The notes beneath the pieces are model-generated. The model saw only the letters and a program-made list of their open reading frames with translations, did no database searches and was not told where the DNA came from. Shown in pieces: positions 59,601 through 64,000 of a stretch of DNA of 64,000 bases; the stretch's first letter is position 1, and each line of letters opens with the position of its first letter. This DNA is from a virus, in IMG/VR virus record IMGVR_UViG_3300027419_000023. One strand, given 5' to 3'. The position numbers and the translations under genes are program-made.

Positions 59601-60552
59601 TTCATAACCTCATCGCAATATTGGTTTGCTTTCTTGAGCATAGTGCGTCCTGATTTTCCTACCATTTTTGCATGCTTACAAATTCCATACATGCCACCGT
59701 CTTCTAAATCAAAATCAAAATTTTTGCAGTTTCGGCATATAGGATCTAATTTTGAAGCTACTTGAAATGCATTCATCTAATTCACCTCATATTTGTTATT
59801 ACGTTACCATAATATATGCTTTTTGGTCATTAAATTTATTCACTATTTTTTATAATATTTTCAAAGATACCGTCTTGATAATATTGCCAGGCCTTGTAAA
59901 TAGTTTCGAATTCTAGACCATTAACAAGAGTTGGACCTTCTCTGTTCTTTTTATTTTGTAAGACAAATTCAAAGGTCTGCTCGGTATCCTTTAACTTGAT
60001 ATGAACACAGCCGTATCTCCTTATGTGTTTTATATACCAAAACTTTAAGTAAAATATATTATACGGCCTATATAATTCCAGAAATCGCTGGTATCCTGAA
60101 GGATAATTAGTTCTCCATTCCGTATCTATTTCATCTTCGATATGAACCATCTCCTTACTCTAGTTAAAGCCGGTTGATTAATGGAATATACTTGATTTAG
60201 GAAATTAAGTTGACCCTCTATGTATCCTTTAAATAGTAACATTCTGGAATATAATCCGAGCCAGGCAACTTCTTTATCATAAAGACTGTATAACCATGAT
60301 TACGGATTACTACTATTCCTGGAAGACCTTCTGGTATGTACCACACGGAACCATCTTGGTCTGGATGCAACTTAATGATATGCATGTTAGCCTTCCTATG
60401 CTAAGTTTTCCTCGGGATCTATATTATACTTTTTTATCCACCACGTCTTTGAAGCAAGTATACGACTTTTAACTTCTAGGTATTTGACTTCTTTACTATT
60501 AGTATCGTCCAATACTACTTTTTCGAATTTCATAAAATCACGTTACTAGCAA

Positions 60553-61041
60553 TTAATATGATTTATATAAAATTGCTCCTATTTTATCGAGTTCGTCGAA
60601 ACACCATGTATAGAAAAATCTATTGTCAGAAAATTTAACACACTTTTGATCATGATCCGACAAATTATCAAGCAATCCATGTTCCTGCATTTTTATCAAT
60701 GATATGACTATATAATTATTAGTCGAATCTATTATCATTTTGATAGTATTCGCCACCCCGGCTTTAGGAATTTCATTACCTCCAAGTGTCATATCGATAT
60801 TTTCGCCGAGTACTCCTGACCGTAATGATATAGTACCATTCTCGCGATGTCCCTGTATAGTAAATGTTTTTCCCTCACGATCGAGATAAAATGAGGTATT
60901 ATTTTCAGCATTCAGTTTATTTATTGCTTCGATGCAAATAGATGCTTTATGACTTTTTCCGACTCTGGATACAATAATTTTTCGTTGTTTATTCAAAACA
61001 ACTTGATTTAGCAATTTATTAATAGATGGAAAGGTAGACAT
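60553..61041 (-). CDS. Hypothetical protein
   Basis: GAGGTGA RBS. Confidence 0.6.
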   Translation of the reverse strand: MSTFPSINKLLNQVVLNKQRKIIVSRVGKSHKASICIEAINKLNAENNTSFYLDREGKTFTIQGHRENGTISLRSGVLGENIDMTLGGNEIPKAGVANTIKMIIDSTNNYIVISLIKMQEHGLLDNLSDHDQKCVKFSDNRFFYTWCFDELDKIGAILYKSY

Positions 61042-61292
61042 TTAATTCACCTCAATAATTCGCCCTATGATAGTTTTATCAGTACTCGACCTATATATGT
61101 CAATCCAGCTAGTTGTTTTATCTGAATTCCACCATGAAAAGTCGGCGGTCGGATACAATAAAAAACAGTCTTCCATTGCGTTATCTATATCACTATATTG
61201 TTCGTTAAGAGACTCAATTTGTAGCGTATACATATTTCAGTCCTCAATACGATATTCTCATTTAGTGTATAAATAGTTTATGGTAAGAAAAA

Positions 61293-62267
61293 TTATTTAG
61301 GCGGCCATTCCTTTATTAGATTCAGATTATATAAAGTTCTTCCATCAAAATATGCTTCTGGAATACAAGTCAAACGTTTAAATTGTGCACGTGTGGTTGT
61401 TATATTCCAATCACAAGGGCATTTATCAATAAAATCTTTTTCTGTCATAATAACATATCTTTGAAATATATTTCTAGATATTGCAAGAGGTCGCTCTGAA
61501 TCACCGAAGTTTAGTCTGTTTGGTCCTTGTGATACAGGATAATTAGTATATAAAACTTCAGTCCTATAAGTAGTTGCTTTACCGCTTGCAGATACTATAG
61601 GTATGTCATGATATTTTATAATCGGATTACCAAACGATTCATTTAAATCATCGCATTCGTATTCAGATAAAGCCCATTTATATTTAGCATTTTTAAGCAG
61701 TTCTATCATTCGTGGTCTATCAAAACTATCTGGCCTATATATACCAACATTTCCTGCTAAATAAGGAGGATCTAGGTATACGAACGATTCACTATCAAGA
61801 GGTAATGAATCTAATAATTCTATGGCATCTAATGAATACAATTCTGTATGGTGTAATAATTGTTTTGATAATAATATCCGATTTTTATAATCTGCAAGAT
61901 TATGGCCTCTATAACCAGTTATACCAGCGTTTTTTGTGCCTCCTGCCCATAAGACTAATGGTTCTAATATATTATATATATTTATATTAGTTTTTCTTAG
62001 TTCTAATACATCTTCTTTCGTTCTTAATTCTGGCAATATTTCTCCTTTATACGCTTTAATTGACTCAAAAAATGGAATCATTTGATTATCGTTCAAACAC
62101 CATCTAGTGTATCCATTTATCATTTTCATCAAGAAAAACATATTCCCTCTGCCAGCAAAAGGTTCGAAATAAGTAGAACCTTTAAGTGGGCACCACCTCA
62201 ATATAAATCTGCGGAGTCTTGCTTTACCTCCTCGGTATGTAAAATATGGAGCATCAACTAATTTCAT
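61293..62267 (-). CDS. Dam-like N6-adenine DNA methyltransferase
   Basis: YRGGK, EPFAGxG, LND, YLDPPY. Confidence 0.88.
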   Translation of the reverse strand: MKLVDAPYFTYRGGKARLRRFILRWCPLKGSTYFEPFAGRGNMFFLMKMINGYTRWCLNDNQMIPFFESIKAYKGEILPELRTKEDVLELRKTNINIYNILEPLVLWAGGTKNAGITGYRGHNLADYKNRILLSKQLLHHTELYSLDAIELLDSLPLDSESFVYLDPPYLAGNVGIYRPDSFDRPRMIELLKNAKYKWALSEYECDDLNESFGNPIIKYHDIPIVSASGKATTYRTEVLYTNYPVSQGPNRLNFGDSERPLAISRNIFQRYVIMTEKDFIDKCPCDWNITTTRAQFKRLTCIPEAYFDGRTLYNLNLIKEWPPK

Positions 62268-62283
62268 TTTATTTCTTCCTTGA

Positions 62284-62958
62284 TTATGTATATGGCAAAG
62301 GATCTTTGGTCTCATTTAATTCGAATGCCTCTATACGTTCAATGCAAGTCGGACAAGTTCCGCATGAAAGTTCTCCTGCATTATAGCAGCTGCGTGTTAT
62401 CTCATATGGCACACCTAAATTCAGACCAATCTTTACAATCTCGGCTTTCGTTAGATGAATAAATGGTGCCTCGATCCGAACAGGATGCCATAAGGTGGAA
62501 ATTCGAGTAGCTTCATTCAGAGCACTTAAGTAATTGGGCCTACAGTCTGGGTAGATAGCAGCATCCCCATTATGAGCCGCATACATCACGGTATTGATTC
62601 TACGAGCAGCTGCAATTCCTACTGCAATCGAAAGTAGAATTTGGTTACGATTAGGTACAACCGTTATCTTTGCAGACTCCTCTGTATACCCACAATTAGG
62701 TACAGCTATGTCTGGATTAGTAAGTGCACTAGAGTTAATATATCCAAATATAGGTTTAACATCAATGATATCATGCTGGATTTCTATTTCTTGCTCGCGA
62801 ATATACTTTATCATATTGCAAGCACAATCTATCTCTTTGGAATGTCTCTGCCCATAGTCAAATGTAATTGCATCCACATCGTCTCCGGAACTCAATAGAT
62901 CCCAAAGAAGTGTCGATGAGTCCATCCCACCCGAAAAAATTAATAGAACTTTACTCAT
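62284..62958 (-). CDS. queC: 7-cyano-7-deazaguanine synthase
   Basis: FSGGMDS, FDYGQRH, VPNRN, YPDCRP, TRSCY, CGTCPTC. Confidence 0.96.
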   Translation of the reverse strand: MSKVLLIFSGGMDSSTLLWDLLSSGDDVDAITFDYGQRHSKEIDCACNMIKYIREQEIEIQHDIIDVKPIFGYINSSALTNPDIAVPNCGYTEESAKITVVPNRNQILLSIAVGIAAARRINTVMYAAHNGDAAIYPDCRPNYLSALNEATRISTLWHPVRIEAPFIHLTKAEIVKIGLNLGVPYEITRSCYNAGELSCGTCPTCIERIEAFELNETKDPLPYT

Positions 62959-63476
62959 TTTAGTAACTCCAATGTTTCCGATTTAAGACTTGCATTCTCT
63001 TTAAAAATCCCTCTAATAGCAGAACTTTCGGTAATTCCTGTCATCCTAGCTCCTCTTACTGTCATACAGCTATGGCATGCTTCTATTTTAACCATAACAC
63101 CTTTAACTCCTGGTATCCATTTAGTAAGATAATCAGCGATCTGGGCAGTCATATATTCCTGGAGTTGAGGCCGAGAAGCAAATTTTCTTACTGTTCTAGC
63201 GACTTTACTGAGCCCTATAATATGGGTACTCGGAAGGTATGCGATTGAAGCCTTTCCTGAAAAATTCATTAAATGATGTTGACAAAATGAAGTAAATTCT
63301 ATATTCTTGACTATTATCAAATCATCGCTAGTAGCTTCAAATACTCCTCTGCCTCGTTCAAGTTCGTCCCAGTCTCGCCAAAATTTAAATTCCTCCATCA
63401 TACGGTTAACACGATCTGGGGTATTTGCTTTGGCTTCTTCATCAAAAAGTTCATCTGGAAAATTAAGTCCTATCAT
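62955..63476 (-). CDS. folE: GTP cyclohydrolase I
   Basis: TPxRV, SxCQHH, IGLSK, QLQE, HSCMTVRG. Confidence 0.93.
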   Translation of the reverse strand: MIGLNFPDELFDEEAKANTPDRVNRMMEEFKFWRDWDELERGRGVFEATSDDLIIVKNIEFTSFCQHHLMNFSGKASIAYLPSTHIIGLSKVARTVRKFASRPQLQEYMTAQIADYLTKWIPGVKGVMVKIEACHSCMTVRGARMTGITESSAIRGIFKENASLKSETLELLK

Positions 63477-63497
63477 TTATATTCAACTCAAAAATAT

Positions 63498-63905
63498 TTA
63501 AAGGTATTCTTCTGCATAATTCTCTTCTGATTCATGTACTCTAATTGTTATATGGTCGTTTTTATTAAGATGAATTATATTAACGAAATCATATAAAATA
63601 ATACTTGCTATATTTTCTGCGGTTGGATTACTATCGACAATTAGTATATCCATGCCAAGTTTTTGTAGAGGAACAAGTAAAGGATCCTCTTTATTCAATA
63701 TAGTTTTATGATCAAACTTTTCTGAAAAATATTGTTTTATAGACCTATAATCTATTAGCATTCCACAAGAATCAAGTTTACGATCGGACTGAATAAGAAC
63801 GTTCACTTTCCATGTATGTCCATGTAAATTATTACAACTACCAGAATAATTAAGCAAACGATGTGCAGCCGAAAATGTTATATTTTGAGATAATTTTAAT
63901 GTCAT
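63498..63905 (-). CDS. queD: 6-carboxytetrahydropterin synthase
   Basis: FSAAHRL, CxxLHGHTW, FDH, PTAEN, VHES. Confidence 0.93.
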   Translation of the reverse strand: MTLKLSQNITFSAAHRLLNYSGSCNNLHGHTWKVNVLIQSDRKLDSCGMLIDYRSIKQYFSEKFDHKTILNKEDPLLVPLQKLGMDILIVDSNPTAENIASIILYDFVNIIHLNKNDHITIRVHESEENYAEEYL

Positions 63906-64000
63906 TTTATCTTCTCCTATATAAATAGTTCCTATATGTTTTAATTCTTCTATTGAATTTATTTTTTCTAATTTTAAAATATCATCTATATATAATACTC

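Noticed and set aside
1-64000. Genome-wide amber recoding or an integrated provirus boundary
   Set aside because: TAG ends many intact genes (capsid, TerL, protease); no integrase, att junction or host-like gene block is visible

Overview
This is a 64-kb segment of a large, AT-rich head-tail virus (Caudoviricetes) of an archaeon. The archaeal host is supported by recurrent BRE-TATA promoters, GGTGA/GGAG ribosome-binding sites, an archaeal-type ThyA, a tRNA-Thr with U73 and a TFB-type zinc ribbon; a methanogen host is an inference only. The minus strand carries the morphogenesis genes: intein-containing TerL, portal, MuF-ADP-ribosyltransferase fusion, protease/scaffold polyprotein, HK97-fold capsid, decoration/fibre and neck genes. 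These are interleaved with accessory islands: a phiEco32-like COOH-NH2 ligase/GATase/ATP-grasp cluster, a caspase-like protease with membrane proteins, two paralog arrays, tRNA-like elements, queD-folE-queC plus a Dam-like MTase, and HNH/NUMOD3 endonucleases. Best candidates for undescribed systems: (1) a K-x-N-x-x-C-x(10-12)-C tag present 8 times in 5 proteins, including a perfect 48-bp DNA duplication, placed in front of effector-like domains, suggesting a modular capsid-cargo addressing and processing system; (2) a bipartite late-promoter-like motif GACGTAAAA-N12-15-TTTATTTGATTA upstream of structural operons, with a candidate viral TFB-zinc-ribbon factor; (3) a shared ~30-aa N-terminal anchor on three unrelated virion proteins. 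All functional calls come from motifs read by eye; no database searches were run.
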